Made by a program: the position numbers and the translations under genes
Shown here: piece by piece, positions 26,581 to 36,029 of the stretch
Position numbering within the stretch: position 1 is the first letter of the stretch
Layout of the letters: each line of letters begins with the position of its first letter
The notes under the pieces: model-generated
What the model was told of the DNA's origin: nothing
The model's input: the letters and a program-made list of their open reading frames with translations, nothing else
Database searches by the model: none
Assembly (NCBI GenBank): GCA_003554525.1
Contig: PWGO01000004.1
Location: 1-55,336 of the forward strand
Origin: Syntrophomonadaceae bacterium
Lineage (GTDB): Bacteria > Bacillota > Dethiobacteria > DTU022 > PWGO01
Direction of reading: 5' to 3'
Length of the DNA stretch: 55,336 bases

Positions 26581-26613
26581 AAAGAAACAACGGCGATATT
26601 TGTTTCTTTTTTT
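26581..26613 (+). terminator. rho-independent terminator candidate after the regulator gene
   Basis: AAAGAAACAA - 9-nt loop - TTGTTTCTTT, then a T-run. The stem is AT-rich. Confidence 0.5.
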
Positions 26614-26675
26614 GTGTTGTATTATTTTTATTGCCCCCTGAAATTATTTTAAACAGGGCTATCAGTGCTACTTTC

Positions 26676-26706
26676 AACAGGCCTTAAACGGCCTGTTTAT
26701 TTATTT
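26676..26706 (+). terminator. second hairpin + T-rich tract
   Basis: AACAGGCC - ttaaac - GGCCTGTT followed by TATTTATTT. It lies about 30 nt upstream of the sigma-54 promoter. Confidence 0.4.
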
Positions 26707-26736
26707 AAAACTATTTAAAACAAGGTATTTTAGATT

Positions 26737-26752
26737 TGGCACGGGAATTGCA
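26737..26752 (+). promoter_or_regulatory. sigma-54 -24/-12 promoter for the symporter / nitrilase-like / AOR-2 operon
   Basis: TGGCAC-GGGAA-TTGCA, an exact consensus match. It lies about 160 nt upstream of the small ORF at 26911. Confidence 0.8.
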
Positions 26753-26910
26753 AAAGAATTATACAGTTAAATCAAAACAGTATTAAAATTGATAATATTT
26801 AAACGCGAAAGGGAGGTGTGGAATAATAGCGGTTCAAGGCTGGACAGGCAGTGTAAGTGTTTTGATAAAGGCCTTGGTTGGCACATTTCTGGAAAAGAGG
26901 TGAATAAGAA

Positions 26911-27003
26911 ATGCTTATGTTGATTATCTGGTTGGTTTTTTCCGTCTTGTTTTTGGGGGGTGTTTTTTATTACGTGTTGACTCAGAGTGGGCCCGACTGG
27001 TAA
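26911..27003 (+). CDS. 30-aa single-pass membrane peptide upstream of the symporter (below the ORF-track length cut-off)
   Basis: MLMLIIWLVFSVLFLGGVFYYVLTQSGPDW*. AAAAGAGGTG lies 7-8 nt upstream, and the ORF ends 45 nt before the symporter ATG. Small TM partners of SSS transporters are known. Confidence 0.4.
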   Translation: MLMLIIWLVFSVLFLGGVFYYVLTQSGPDW

Positions 27004-27048
27004 TCCAACAGGTTTTTCTATACTAAAAGAAAGAAGGAGGTTAATTAT

Positions 27049-28545
27049 ATGTTGTTGTGGATATTCCTGGGAATTTACCTGGTTGTACTGGCCGCTTTAA
27101 CTATTTACAGCTACAAGAAGACCAAGGTATACGAAGACTTTGCCATTGCAGGTGGTCATATTGGACCGTACATGCTGGGTTTTGCTACCGCAGCTACCGC
27201 GGCAAGTACCGCTTTGTTTATGGGGACCCCGGCATGGGGTTATCTGGCGGGGATGACTGTTCTCTGGTACGGGATTGCCATATTTGCTGCCTGTTTTATC
27301 AGTTTTATGATAATTATCAAGCAGTTTAGCGGGATGAGCGGGGTAAAAAAATCTTTAACTCTTCCCGACTGGCTGGGGGACAGGTACAACAGTAACCTTA
27401 TAAAAGTTATTGTAGGGGTTATCTGTTTTGCCAATGTTTTTTATGTAGCCGGCCAGTTTTCCGGGGCTGGTTTTATTTTTGAAGTAGCTACTGACCTGGG
27501 TTACGAGGTAGGGATTATTCTGGCCGTGGTTGTGGTGGTAATATACATTTCCTTGGGCGGCAGCCGCACCGATATCTACACCGATTATTTCCAGGGGGTT
27601 TTAATGAGTGTGATTGCCCTGCTGGTGGGACTGTCTATTTTCTGGGTTTTTGACGGCGGGCTAACGGAAATGATAACCACTCTTGGTGACAAAGATCCCA
27701 ACTTGTTAAGCGCCACCAACCCGGCGGTTCCAGTTTTTAAGGGTCCCATTGACATAATCAGCATCTTTATTTTTTACCTTACCTTCTCATTTTCGCCGCA
27801 GCTTATTAACAAGATCATGATGTTGGACAAGCCTGAGGTGAATTCCCGCAAGTTTGTTGCCACCTACGGAATAGTGTTGTTTATATTCACGCTGATGATA
27901 TTCGGGGGTATAGCAGCCAGGGCTTTTATGCCCATGGGCACTCTTGAAAACCCGAATATGGCAATTCCGCTTTACCTGGAAATTGCGTTTCCCGCAGCAG
28001 TTGCCACCCTGTTTTTGGTTATTATCTTGTGTGCGGCCATGTCTACGGTGGACGGGCTGTTCGTTGTTTTTGCTACTTTTGTTTCCAACGATATCTACCG
28101 CAAGATAATCGTCAAGAAAAGGATAGAAAAAGACCCCAATTACGATGCGCGGGATATTGAAAGAAAGTCTTTCCGCATAAGCCAGGTAGTGGTGGTGATT
28201 GTGGGGATTGTGAGTATTTTGCTGGTTCTTGATCCGCCAGAAATAGTTACGGCAATGGTGGTAGTGGGAATTAACGCTATAGTGGCTTCGTGTTCGGGCC
28301 CCCTGCTGTTTGGAATGTTTTCTAAGCGCCCGTCGAAAGAAGCCGCGCTTTTGTCAATAATTGTGGGTTTTGTAGCTTATCTGGTGGCTGAATTCAGCGG
28401 TATTACAGAAAGTATCCACACTTCAGGAGCTATCGCCGTGGTTATAAATATTGTGGTAATGGCAGTGGCAACTTATGCTTTTAAAGCAATGCCGCAGGAA
28501 GAAGCCAAAGGATTTTTTAAGGCAGGTGCACCGGATAAAGGGTGA
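27049..28545 (+). CDS. sodium:solute symporter (SSS) family transporter
   Basis: 498 aa, about 13 hydrophobic segments. GAAGGAGG upstream of the ATG. Layout is typical of the SSS family (PutP/PanF-like). Confidence 0.85.
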   Translation: MLLWIFLGIYLVVLAALTIYSYKKTKVYEDFAIAGGHIGPYMLGFATAATAASTALFMGTPAWGYLAGMTVLWYGIAIFAACFISFMIIIKQFSGMSGVKKSLTLPDWLGDRYNSNLIKVIVGVICFANVFYVAGQFSGAGFIFEVATDLGYEVGIILAVVVVVIYISLGGSRTDIYTDYFQGVLMSVIALLVGLSIFWVFDGGLTEMITTLGDKDPNLLSATNPAVPVFKGPIDIISIFIFYLTFSFSPQLINKIMMLDKPEVNSRKFVATYGIVLFIFTLMIFGGIAARAFMPMGTLENPNMAIPLYLEIAFPAAVATLFLVIILCAAMSTVDGLFVVFATFVSNDIYRKIIVKKRIEKDPNYDARDIERKSFRISQVVVVIVGIVSILLVLDPPEIVTAMVVVGINAIVASCSGPLLFGMFSKRPSKEAALLSIIVGFVAYLVAEFSGITESIHTSGAIAVVINIVVMAVATYAFKAMPQEEAKGFFKAGAPDKG

Positions 28546-28738
28546 AACATAGATAAGAAAAGCTAAATCAGGTGGTGTGCTCCCTTTTAAAGTTGTTGTT
28601 ATTTAAGGAGGTGAGTTAAAACGGCATGAGGGGAAGTTGCTCGAGCCGGCAGATATAACCAATACTTGAAAACGGAATTTGGTTGAAGTTTGGAATATAA
28701 GAAACTATATTATTTTAATAAACCGGGAGGTATTAAAT

Positions 28739-29833
28739 ATGGGTGATAAGTTTCCTAAATTTAAAGCAGCGGCTGTTCAGGCGTCGCCGGTGTTCCTGGA
28801 CCGTGAAGCCACGGTAGAAAAAGCATGCAAATTGATGAAAGAAGCCAGCGATAACGGAGCCAAACTGGTTGCTTTTCCTGAAACATTTGTGGCAGGGTTT
28901 CCTTACTGGACTTTCCTGGATGCGCCTCTTTCCAGAAACCACTTTTTTGTAAAGATGTTTGAGGAAGGGGTGGAGGTGCCCGGCCCGGCCACGGAAGAAC
29001 TTTGCCGCGGGGCCAGGGAAGCGGATGTCTGTGTGGTGATTGGTATTAACGAAAGGCAGAAGAACCAGATGGGTACCATGTTTAACACCAATATTATCAT
29101 TGACAACAACGGCAACCTTTTAGGCAGGCACCGCAAGATAGTTACTACCGTATCGGAAAAGCTGGTTTATTCAAGGGGTGACGGTAGTGGCCTCAGGGTA
29201 TGGGAGACGGACCTGGGCCGTATCGGGACTCTGATATGCGGCAACAATACCCACAACCTGTACAAGTACGCCCTGCTGGCTCAAGGCGAACAGGTTCATG
29301 TGGCGAACTATCCATCTTACCATCAGCCCACGCACGTGGACTTGCCCAACTGGATCAGGATCAGGTCCGGGGCACATAGCCTGGAAGGGAAGCTCTTTAC
29401 GGTAACTTCCTCAAGTACCATGAACCCGGAAATGGTGGAGATGTTAAGTGAAGGAGACGAGAAGAAGCAGCAGTGGCTGGAAGCCTGCCGCTGTTACAGC
29501 TGTATTCACGATCCCATTGGTAATGAGCTGGCCGGGGCGGAAAGTGAAGACACGATTATATACGCAGATGTCGACATATCGGAGGAGATTGTTCCCAAGC
29601 AGTACCACGATATCCTGGGCCAATACACGCGGATGGACGTGGTTTCCATGAACCTTTGCCAGGATGAAGACCGGCCCATTTATTTCGTTTCGCGCAAAAA
29701 AAACCAGCGGGTGGAAGCCGAAAGTGTGGGAGGCAATATGCAGGGATACTTGAAAGAATTAAAGCAGGAGATAGAAGAAGTAAAAAGCCTTACGGAGAAG
29801 CTTGCTGACAAAATAGGAAAAGATGACGTTTAG
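28739..29833 (+). CDS. carbon-nitrogen hydrolase (nitrilase superfamily) with atypical active-site context and coiled-coil tail
   Basis: Start at ATG 28739, with GGGAGG upstream. FKAAAVQASPVFLD...LVAFPETF (Glu), HRKI (Lys), GTLICGNNTHNLYKYALLAQGEQVHVANYP (Cys). The canonical C-W-E is C-G-N here. The C-terminal ~40 aa is heptad-like (LKELKQEIEEVKSLTEKL). Confidence 0.8.
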   Translation: MGDKFPKFKAAAVQASPVFLDREATVEKACKLMKEASDNGAKLVAFPETFVAGFPYWTFLDAPLSRNHFFVKMFEEGVEVPGPATEELCRGAREADVCVVIGINERQKNQMGTMFNTNIIIDNNGNLLGRHRKIVTTVSEKLVYSRGDGSGLRVWETDLGRIGTLICGNNTHNLYKYALLAQGEQVHVANYPSYHQPTHVDLPNWIRIRSGAHSLEGKLFTVTSSSTMNPEMVEMLSEGDEKKQQWLEACRCYSCIHDPIGNELAGAESEDTIIYADVDISEEIVPKQYHDILGQYTRMDVVSMNLCQDEDRPIYFVSRKKNQRVEAESVGGNMQGYLKELKQEIEEVKSLTEKLADKIGKDDV

Positions 29834-29880
29834 GAGGTAGACGGCTATCACAAATATACTGCAGTTAAAGGAGGTTAACC

Positions 29881-31761
29881 ATGTTTGGTGGATACGCCGG
29901 AAAAATCCTGCGGGTAAACTTGACTACCCGGAAAATTACTCGGGAGGATATACCCGAAAATGTAATCAGGGATTATGTAGGGGGAGTAGGTCTGGGAACT
30001 TATTACCTTACTAAAGAAATAGATCCCACAGTGGATGCGCTTGGCTCGCAAAACAAGATGATATTTGCCAGCGGGCCCCTCTGCGGTATTGGCCTACCTG
30101 CTGCTTCAAGGTGGTCAGTGGTTACCAAGTCTCCCCTGGGTATATGGGGAGAGGGGTTGGGAGGCGGTTTCTGGGGCCCCGAGTTAAAGTTCAGCGGATA
30201 TGACGCGGTTATAATGGAAGGAAAAGCATCAAGCCCGGTGTACCTGTATATAAACAACGGCTTTCCCGAGCTCAGGAGTGCGGAACACCTCTGGGGCCTG
30301 GATACGTACCAGACAGTTAATGTTGTAAGGAACGAACTGATGGAACGCTGGGTGCGGATTGCCTGTATAGGACCTGCCGGGGAAAGCCAGTGCCACCTGG
30401 CTGGAATTATCAGCGATCCTGATGCCGGTGCCTGGCGGGGAGGCCTGGGGGCGGTAATGGGTTCCAAGAATTTAAAAGCTATTGCGGTGCGCGGAGAAGG
30501 GGAAATCAGTGTGGCCCACCCGGACACCCTGGAGGAGATAGTACACGATCTTTTATTTGAACATTTCGGCAAAAACTCCCTGATAACTGATTTCAGTGAA
30601 GTAGGGGGCATGCAGGTGCTTACTTCTCTTAACCTGGAGGGAGTTTTGCCTTCCTTTAACTGGCGGGATGGTTATTTTGACACCACAGAGAATTTTGACG
30701 GCAAAAAGGTAAAGGAAACCATACTGTTGAGCAAGTACGGCTGCATGGATTGCCGGGTAAGGTGCAGGGGAAACGTCCGGGTTAAAGACGGTCCTTTTGC
30801 GGGCACTACGGGTTACAGGCCGCAAATTGACCCGGCTTGTGCATTTGGACCGCTAAGCGGCGTGGGAGAGCTGGGCGCGATTATCAAAAATACTATCGAG
30901 TGCAACCGGCTGGGTATGTGCGGCATCTCCGCTGGGGCAAGTATAGCTTTTGCCATGGAATGCTATGAAAAAGGGCTTATCAACAAGACGGATACGGGGG
31001 GAATAGACCTTTCGTGGGGGAATAGCCAGGGTATATACGAATTGCTGCAGCTAATGGCCAGGAAAGAAGGTTTTGGCAAGGTTCTTTCAGATGGCGTAAG
31101 GGAGGCGGCCAAAAGGATAGGTGGTAATTCCGAAGATTTCGCTGTTCACGTCAAGGGTCTGGAGCCGTACACCTACGATGCCAGGGGCCTTTGGGGGATG
31201 GGCCTAACTTTTGCCACCTCTAACCGCGGGGCCTGTGGCGTAAGGCAGGCCATGGTTAACCTGGACCTGGGTGAAAAATACAGTCTGGGAGGCGGCGGTA
31301 CGGGAGGTTACCATCCTGCGCTGGGAATTACCCCGGAGAAGTATTCCCAGTTTAAAATTGACAACAAGGGGCAAACCCTGGTGTTGCTGCAGAATATTAA
31401 ATCAATAATTGACTCCGCCATAGTCTGCAATCTGCCATGGCGGCGACTGACCGACCTTCCCGAGCTGCTTCCCAAGGTTATCTCTGCAGTTACCGGTTGC
31501 GACATGAGCATGAACCAGATGCTGGAAAACGGGGAGCGTATTTTTAACCTTCAGAAAATGTTCAACGTTAAAAACGGAGTAAAACGCAAAGACGACATGT
31601 TGCCCAGAAGATTCCTGGAGCATCCCTTGAGGAACGGGAAGTTGAAAGGTAAAGTTCTGGAGAACTTCGAGGAGATGCTTTCGGAATATTACACGGCGCG
31701 GGGGTGGGACGAAGATGGCATTCCCCAACGAGAAACACTGGACAGGCTGGGGATAAGGTAA
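29881..31761 (+). CDS. aldehyde:ferredoxin oxidoreductase family (tungstopterin) enzyme, copy 2
   Basis: 626 aa. GKILRVNLTTRKITRE...YVGGVGLG...GPLCG. CMDCRVRC is the CxxCxxxC motif. AAAGGAGG upstream. Confidence 0.9.
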   Translation: MFGGYAGKILRVNLTTRKITREDIPENVIRDYVGGVGLGTYYLTKEIDPTVDALGSQNKMIFASGPLCGIGLPAASRWSVVTKSPLGIWGEGLGGGFWGPELKFSGYDAVIMEGKASSPVYLYINNGFPELRSAEHLWGLDTYQTVNVVRNELMERWVRIACIGPAGESQCHLAGIISDPDAGAWRGGLGAVMGSKNLKAIAVRGEGEISVAHPDTLEEIVHDLLFEHFGKNSLITDFSEVGGMQVLTSLNLEGVLPSFNWRDGYFDTTENFDGKKVKETILLSKYGCMDCRVRCRGNVRVKDGPFAGTTGYRPQIDPACAFGPLSGVGELGAIIKNTIECNRLGMCGISAGASIAFAMECYEKGLINKTDTGGIDLSWGNSQGIYELLQLMARKEGFGKVLSDGVREAAKRIGGNSEDFAVHVKGLEPYTYDARGLWGMGLTFATSNRGACGVRQAMVNLDLGEKYSLGGGGTGGYHPALGITPEKYSQFKIDNKGQTLVLLQNIKSIIDSAIVCNLPWRRLTDLPELLPKVISAVTGCDMSMNQMLENGERIFNLQKMFNVKNGVKRKDDMLPRRFLEHPLRNGKLKGKVLENFEEMLSEYYTARGWDEDGIPQRETLDRLGIR

Positions 31762-31810
31762 ACGTTTCACGGGCTTAAACAAATAAATTTTGTGAATCTC
31801 ATCTCACTAA

Positions 31811-31856
31811 TTACTAAGGGTGCATGAAATTTATTTATGCACCCTTAGTAATTTTA
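31811..31856 (+). terminator. strong rho-independent terminator after AOR-2
   Basis: A perfect 15-bp stem, TTACTAAGGGTGCAT / ATGCACCCTTAGTAA, with an 11-nt loop, followed by TTTT. Confidence 0.85.
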
Positions 31857-32030
31857 ACTGCTGCTGTTTAAACGTGGCATTATTGGTGGATTACAATATA
31901 AAGCCAACCTGTGGGGTGTTGCAACAAAGTGTTTACACGCAATGTAGCATATTAACGGTGGGTATACCGATGTTTAATTGCGGTCACCGGGCCGGGGCTA
32001 TATCCGGTATTTATATATTTCACCTGAAAG

Positions 32031-32046
32031 TGGCACCGATTTTGCA
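32031..32046 (+). promoter_or_regulatory. sigma-54 -24/-12 promoter for the 10-gene hydrolase ... PrpF operon
   Basis: TGGCAC-CGATT-TTGCA, an exact consensus match, 88 nt upstream of ATG 32134. Confidence 0.8.
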
Positions 32047-32133
32047 TGGTTAGTATTATAAACCTTATGTTTGCTTAAACGGTGGAGTAATAGTAATCCT
32101 GGTCGATTAAAGTAAACAGGGGTGATTAGCGTT

Positions 32134-32754
32134 ATGCGTGGAGATGGAACAAGAGAAAACGCCGGTTTTAAAGGCAGGCACGGTTTTGGGAAAAGTCCCG
32201 CGGTTCTGGTAGTGGACCTGATAAAAGGAGAAACAAACCCGGAGTACCCCTTGGGCTCGGATTTATCTTCCGTGCTGCTCAATACCAGGCGGTTGGTAGA
32301 GGAGGCCAGAAAAAAAAATGCCCCAGTAATATACGTTAAGCACGGCTATGAGCCAAACCTGTGTGATGTGGGAGTATGGAGCAACAAGGTTAAATCCGTA
32401 GAAACCTTGCGGTTGGGGACCAAACTGGTGGAACTTGATGAGATGCTGGAGGTAAAAGAAGAAGACGTGATTATAATAAAAAAACAGGCTTCTGCTTTTT
32501 TCAATACTCCGTTGCAGGCGGTTTTTACCTCAAGAAAAATAGATACGGTAATTGTATGCGGCTGCTCTACCAGCGGATGTATCCGGGCTACTGCCACGGA
32601 TGCCTGTATGAGCGGCTACTTGACCGTTATACCGGAAGAGTGCGTAGGGGATCGCTCCCTGGAAGCGCACAATTACAACTTGAGAGACCTTGATTATATT
32701 TTCGCAGATGTGGTTCCTTTAAAAGAAGTTATTTCTTACTTTTCCGCCATGTAA
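32134..32754 (+). CDS. isochorismatase-family cysteine hydrolase, copy 2
   Basis: Start at ATG 32134, with AGGGGTGA 8 nt upstream. VLVVDLI, IKKQASAF and TSGCIRAT give the D-K-C triad context. Confidence 0.85.
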   Translation: MRGDGTRENAGFKGRHGFGKSPAVLVVDLIKGETNPEYPLGSDLSSVLLNTRRLVEEARKKNAPVIYVKHGYEPNLCDVGVWSNKVKSVETLRLGTKLVELDEMLEVKEEDVIIIKKQASAFFNTPLQAVFTSRKIDTVIVCGCSTSGCIRATATDACMSGYLTVIPEECVGDRSLEAHNYNLRDLDYIFADVVPLKEVISYFSAM

Positions 32755-32828
32755 CTGCAAATTAGATAAATAAATAAAATGATAGAAATTTTGTTTTTTG
32801 GTTTTTAAGGTGGTAATTACAAGGAGGT

Positions 32829-34202
32829 GTGGTTTTGGATTATACTTTTAAAATTGCCGAACACGTATTCTCCACGAACATAGAGCACCTGCCTTCAGAA
32901 GTGCGGAATAAAGCAAAAGAAGTGCTGCTGGACTACCTGGGTGTCACCCTGTACGGCGGGCAAAAACCGTGGTCGAAAATGGTTTTGGATTACGTCAGGG
33001 AAAGGAAGGGGACCCCGCAGAGCACGGTAATTGGAACAGCTTTAAAAGCAGACTGTGCTTCTGCTGCGCTGGCTAACGGAAGCATGGCCCACGGGTTCGA
33101 AATTGACGATACTCATGATCCTTCAGTTTCACACCCAGGGGCGGTAGTAATATCTGCGGCCCTGGCTTTGGGAGAAAAAGAAAACGCAGTAGGGAAAGAA
33201 GTGCTGACGGCTATAGTCCACGGGTATGAGGTAATGGCGCGGGTTGGCATGGCAGTGGGCAGCTCCTTGATAGAGCGAGGTTTTCATCCTACTTCTTCAT
33301 TGGGCCCCTTTGGAGCTGCCGCTGCGGCCGGAAAAGTGTTGGGGCTGGACAGAGAGAAGCAGCAAAACTGCCTGAGCCTGGCCGGTTCTTTTTCCTCGGG
33401 GTTGATGGAGTTTTCGCAGGATTCCGCGGGCAACATGGTCAAAAGGCTGCACGCGGGTAAAGCTGCGGAAAACGGTATAGAAGCGGCATGCCTGGCGCAG
33501 AGGGGATTTACTGGCCCCCGAAAGGTACTAGAGGGAAAATACGGCTTTTGCCGGGTTTTTTCCGAAACACCGGAAATGGAAAAATTAACTAAGGACTTGG
33601 GTGAAGATTATCAAATCATGCACTTGAGCGTAAAGCCCTATGCTTGCTGCCGCCTGTTTCACTCGCTTATTGATGCGGTTTTGGAAATAAAGCGAAAGGA
33701 GGGGGTAAGCGCGGAGTTAGGAGAAATAGAAAAAATAACCGTATACGGGCCTTCCATAATGATTACCCAGCATCTGGTTTACCGGCCCGCCTCCATCATG
33801 GCTGCTCAGTACAGCCTGCCATATGTTGCGGCGGTTGCAGTTTGCAGGGATCCCGGAGACCCGAACTTGTTTTCGGAAGAAAATCTTTATAACCGGGAGC
33901 TGCTGGAAATGGCCTCCCGGGTGGATGCGGAAATCGATATGAATTTGGACCGGCAATTTCCCAAAAAATTTGGTTCGGCGGTGCAGGTTGAGTTCAAGGA
34001 CGGCAGGAAGTGCTACCAGGAAATGCTGGATTCCCGGGGGACTCCTTCTCGCCCCTTGAGCGGGGAAGAGATGGAAGCAAAATTTTTGGCCTTAACTGAT
34101 CGTATTTTATCAACGGCTGCACAAAAGAAAGTTATTGAAAAAGTAAATGGCCTGGAAGAGCTTGAAGATATTACTGCGCTGGTAGAGGAAACATTGGCTT
34201 AA
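32829..34202 (+). CDS. MmgE/PrpD-family protein, copy 3
   Basis: Family-typical block MAHGFEIDDTHDPSVSHPGAVV. The start is ambiguous: GTG 32829 is only 1 nt from AAGGAGG, so TTG 32835 (7 nt spacing) is more likely. Confidence 0.85.
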   Translation: MVLDYTFKIAEHVFSTNIEHLPSEVRNKAKEVLLDYLGVTLYGGQKPWSKMVLDYVRERKGTPQSTVIGTALKADCASAALANGSMAHGFEIDDTHDPSVSHPGAVVISAALALGEKENAVGKEVLTAIVHGYEVMARVGMAVGSSLIERGFHPTSSLGPFGAAAAAGKVLGLDREKQQNCLSLAGSFSSGLMEFSQDSAGNMVKRLHAGKAAENGIEAACLAQRGFTGPRKVLEGKYGFCRVFSETPEMEKLTKDLGEDYQIMHLSVKPYACCRLFHSLIDAVLEIKRKEGVSAELGEIEKITVYGPSIMITQHLVYRPASIMAAQYSLPYVAAVAVCRDPGDPNLFSEENLYNRELLEMASRVDAEIDMNLDRQFPKKFGSAVQVEFKDGRKCYQEMLDSRGTPSRPLSGEEMEAKFLALTDRILSTAAQKKVIEKVNGLEELEDITALVEETLA

Positions 34203-34231
34203 AGTAAACGTTAAAAAGGAGTGAATGGAAA

Positions 34232-35503
34232 TTGGGTGAAACCTTTGCACAAAAGATCCTGGCTCAAAAATCGGGGCGGAAAAGGGTGGAAAACGATCAG
34301 TTTTTACGTTGTAAGGTGGACGGGGTGCTGGCAAATGACGCCACCGCCAAGCTCATGATTGAGAGTTTTAACAAGATGAACCGCGAAGTTGCCGACATGC
34401 CGGAAGGATGCACTATTTATTTTGATCACTTTGCCCCGGCACCCAACCAGGATGCGGCAGCCAACCACAACCTGGTAAGGGATTTTTGTCGCAAACACAA
34501 AATCAAGCTTTACGATGTGGGAAGGGGCAGTCACCTGCACGTACCGGTAGAAATAGGACAGTGCAGGCCAGGAATGCTTTTTGTGGGCGCAGATTCTCAC
34601 ACTACTGTTTTGGGAGGTGTGGGGGCTTTTGCCACCGGCGTTGGTTCCACTGAGCTGGCTTCGGTTCTGGCCACTGGAGAGCTCTGGTTTCGCGTGCCCC
34701 GGGTTGTAAAAGTTGAGCTAAAAGGCGAAATGCCGGAGTACGTAGTAGCAAAAGACATTATGCTTGAGGTGGTACGCCAGCTAACTATATCGGGCGGGAG
34801 GTATAAAGCGCTGGAGTTTACCGGTGAAGCAGTAAAAAATTTAAGCGTGGAATCGCGTCTGGCCATGGCCAGTATGGCGGTTGATATCGGCGCCAAGGTG
34901 GGATTCTTTGCTGCAGACCGCATAACGGAAGAATACATTCGTGAATATACGGACAGGCCCTTTAACATTGTAACAAGCGACCCGGGAGCAAATTACGAGC
35001 GTACTGTTACTGTTGATTTATCCAGCCTGGAGCCTCTGGTGGCCCTGCATCCCAGCATAGACAATGTACAGCCGGTTTCCGGACTAACCGAAACTATAGA
35101 AATAAATGAAGTATACCTGGGTTCCTGCACTAACGGGAGGCTGGAAGACCTGGAAACAGCGGCGGAAATGCTGCAGGGAAGAAGGATTTGCCCCGGGGTA
35201 AGGCTGATAGTAGCACCACAGAGTAAAATTATTTACGAAAAAGCGCTGGCGGAAGGCATTATTCAAAAATTGTCCGAGGCCGGGGCGGTAATTTTGCCCA
35301 GCGGCTGCGGCCCGTGCTCCGGGACTCACCTGGGAGTTATGGCTCCGGGAGAAAAAGTTTTATCCACTGGCAGTCGCAACTCCCCCGGAAGAATGGGAAG
35401 CGGGCAGTCGCAGATATTTGTTGCCTCCCCGGTTACAGCTGCGGCAGCGGCACTGGAAGGAAGGATAGTTGATCCCAAACAAACAGGATGGGGGGGGAAA
35501 TAA
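34232..35503 (+). CDS. aconitase-family hydratase large subunit (LeuC / homoaconitase / dimethylmaleate-hydratase type)
   Basis: 423 aa, TTG start with AAAGGAGTGA upstream. VGADSHTT, GSCTNGR and PSGCGPCSG are the Fe-S ligand and substrate motifs of this family. Confidence 0.85.
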   Translation: MGETFAQKILAQKSGRKRVENDQFLRCKVDGVLANDATAKLMIESFNKMNREVADMPEGCTIYFDHFAPAPNQDAAANHNLVRDFCRKHKIKLYDVGRGSHLHVPVEIGQCRPGMLFVGADSHTTVLGGVGAFATGVGSTELASVLATGELWFRVPRVVKVELKGEMPEYVVAKDIMLEVVRQLTISGGRYKALEFTGEAVKNLSVESRLAMASMAVDIGAKVGFFAADRITEEYIREYTDRPFNIVTSDPGANYERTVTVDLSSLEPLVALHPSIDNVQPVSGLTETIEINEVYLGSCTNGRLEDLETAAEMLQGRRICPGVRLIVAPQSKIIYEKALAEGIIQKLSEAGAVILPSGCGPCSGTHLGVMAPGEKVLSTGSRNSPGRMGSGQSQIFVASPVTAAAAALEGRIVDPKQTGWGGK

Positions 35504-35504
35504 G

Positions 35505-36011
35505 ATGCTGGAAACGTATAAAGGGAAAGTAGTAAAACTGGGTGATAACGTGGATACCAACGACATAATTGCCACCAGATTTTTAATTTATACTGATCCC
35601 CAAAAACTCAAAGATTACCTGTTTTACGAAATAGACCCGGGTTTCACTGAACGTATTGAACCCGGGAGCATCCTTGTGGCCGGACACAATTTCGGGTGCG
35701 GCAGTTCACGGGAGCATGCGGCTATAGTAATTAAGGCAGCGGGTTTCAGGGCTGTAGTAGCAGAAAGTTTTGCCCGTATATTTTTCCGAAATTCTATTGC
35801 CATAGGGCTGCCCCTTATAGAGTGCCCGGGCATTGCCACGGAATGCAAGCAGGGTGATGAACTGGAAGTGGATATCAGGAACTCGGTGGTAAAAGTAAAG
35901 GACAGGGAGATGGAGGGCCTTAAGTACCCGGAATTTATTCTGGATATACTCGAATACGAGGGGCTTTCCAACTGGATAGCGGAAAACAGGGACCAGGTAT
36001 TAAAGCCATAA
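35505..36011 (+). CDS. aconitase-family hydratase small subunit (LeuD type)
   Basis: ATG 35505 sits immediately after the large-subunit stop (ATAAGATG). GHNFGCGSSREHA is the LeuD signature. Confidence 0.85.
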   Translation: MLETYKGKVVKLGDNVDTNDIIATRFLIYTDPQKLKDYLFYEIDPGFTERIEPGSILVAGHNFGCGSSREHAAIVIKAAGFRAVVAESFARIFFRNSIAIGLPLIECPGIATECKQGDELEVDIRNSVVKVKDREMEGLKYPEFILDILEYEGLSNWIAENRDQVLKP

Positions 36012-36029
36012 AAAGCTCAGACGGGAAAT

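Noticed and set aside
26495-26677. 60-aa minus-strand ORF between the regulator and the symporter operon
   Set aside because: It lies in an AT-rich intergenic stretch containing two terminator-like hairpins. It has no RBS, sits just at the length threshold, and has a homopolymeric Lys/Asn/Phe composition.
26866-26886. TGGCAC-ATTTC-TGGAA just upstream of the mini-ORF
   Set aside because: It has a -24-like TGGCAC, but the -12 element lacks GC. It lies inside the 5'-UTR of the transcript that starts from the 26737 promoter.
28621-28640. cGGCATgaggggaagTTGCt upstream of the nitrilase-like gene, a possible sigma-54 promoter
   Set aside because: The spacing between the GG and GC dinucleotides is 14 nt instead of 10. 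The gene is more likely co-transcribed from the promoter at 26737.
31875-31890. TGGCAT-TATTG-GTGGA, a possible sixth sigma-54 promoter
   Set aside because: The -24 half is fine, but the -12 position has no GC (GTGGA instead of TTGCW). The exact-consensus site at 32031 is the better promoter for this operon.
31820-32053. 77-aa ORF in the gap between AOR-2 and the second hydrolase
   Set aside because: It begins inside the 15-bp-stem terminator hairpin and runs across the sigma-54 promoter, with no RBS. The region is regulatory.
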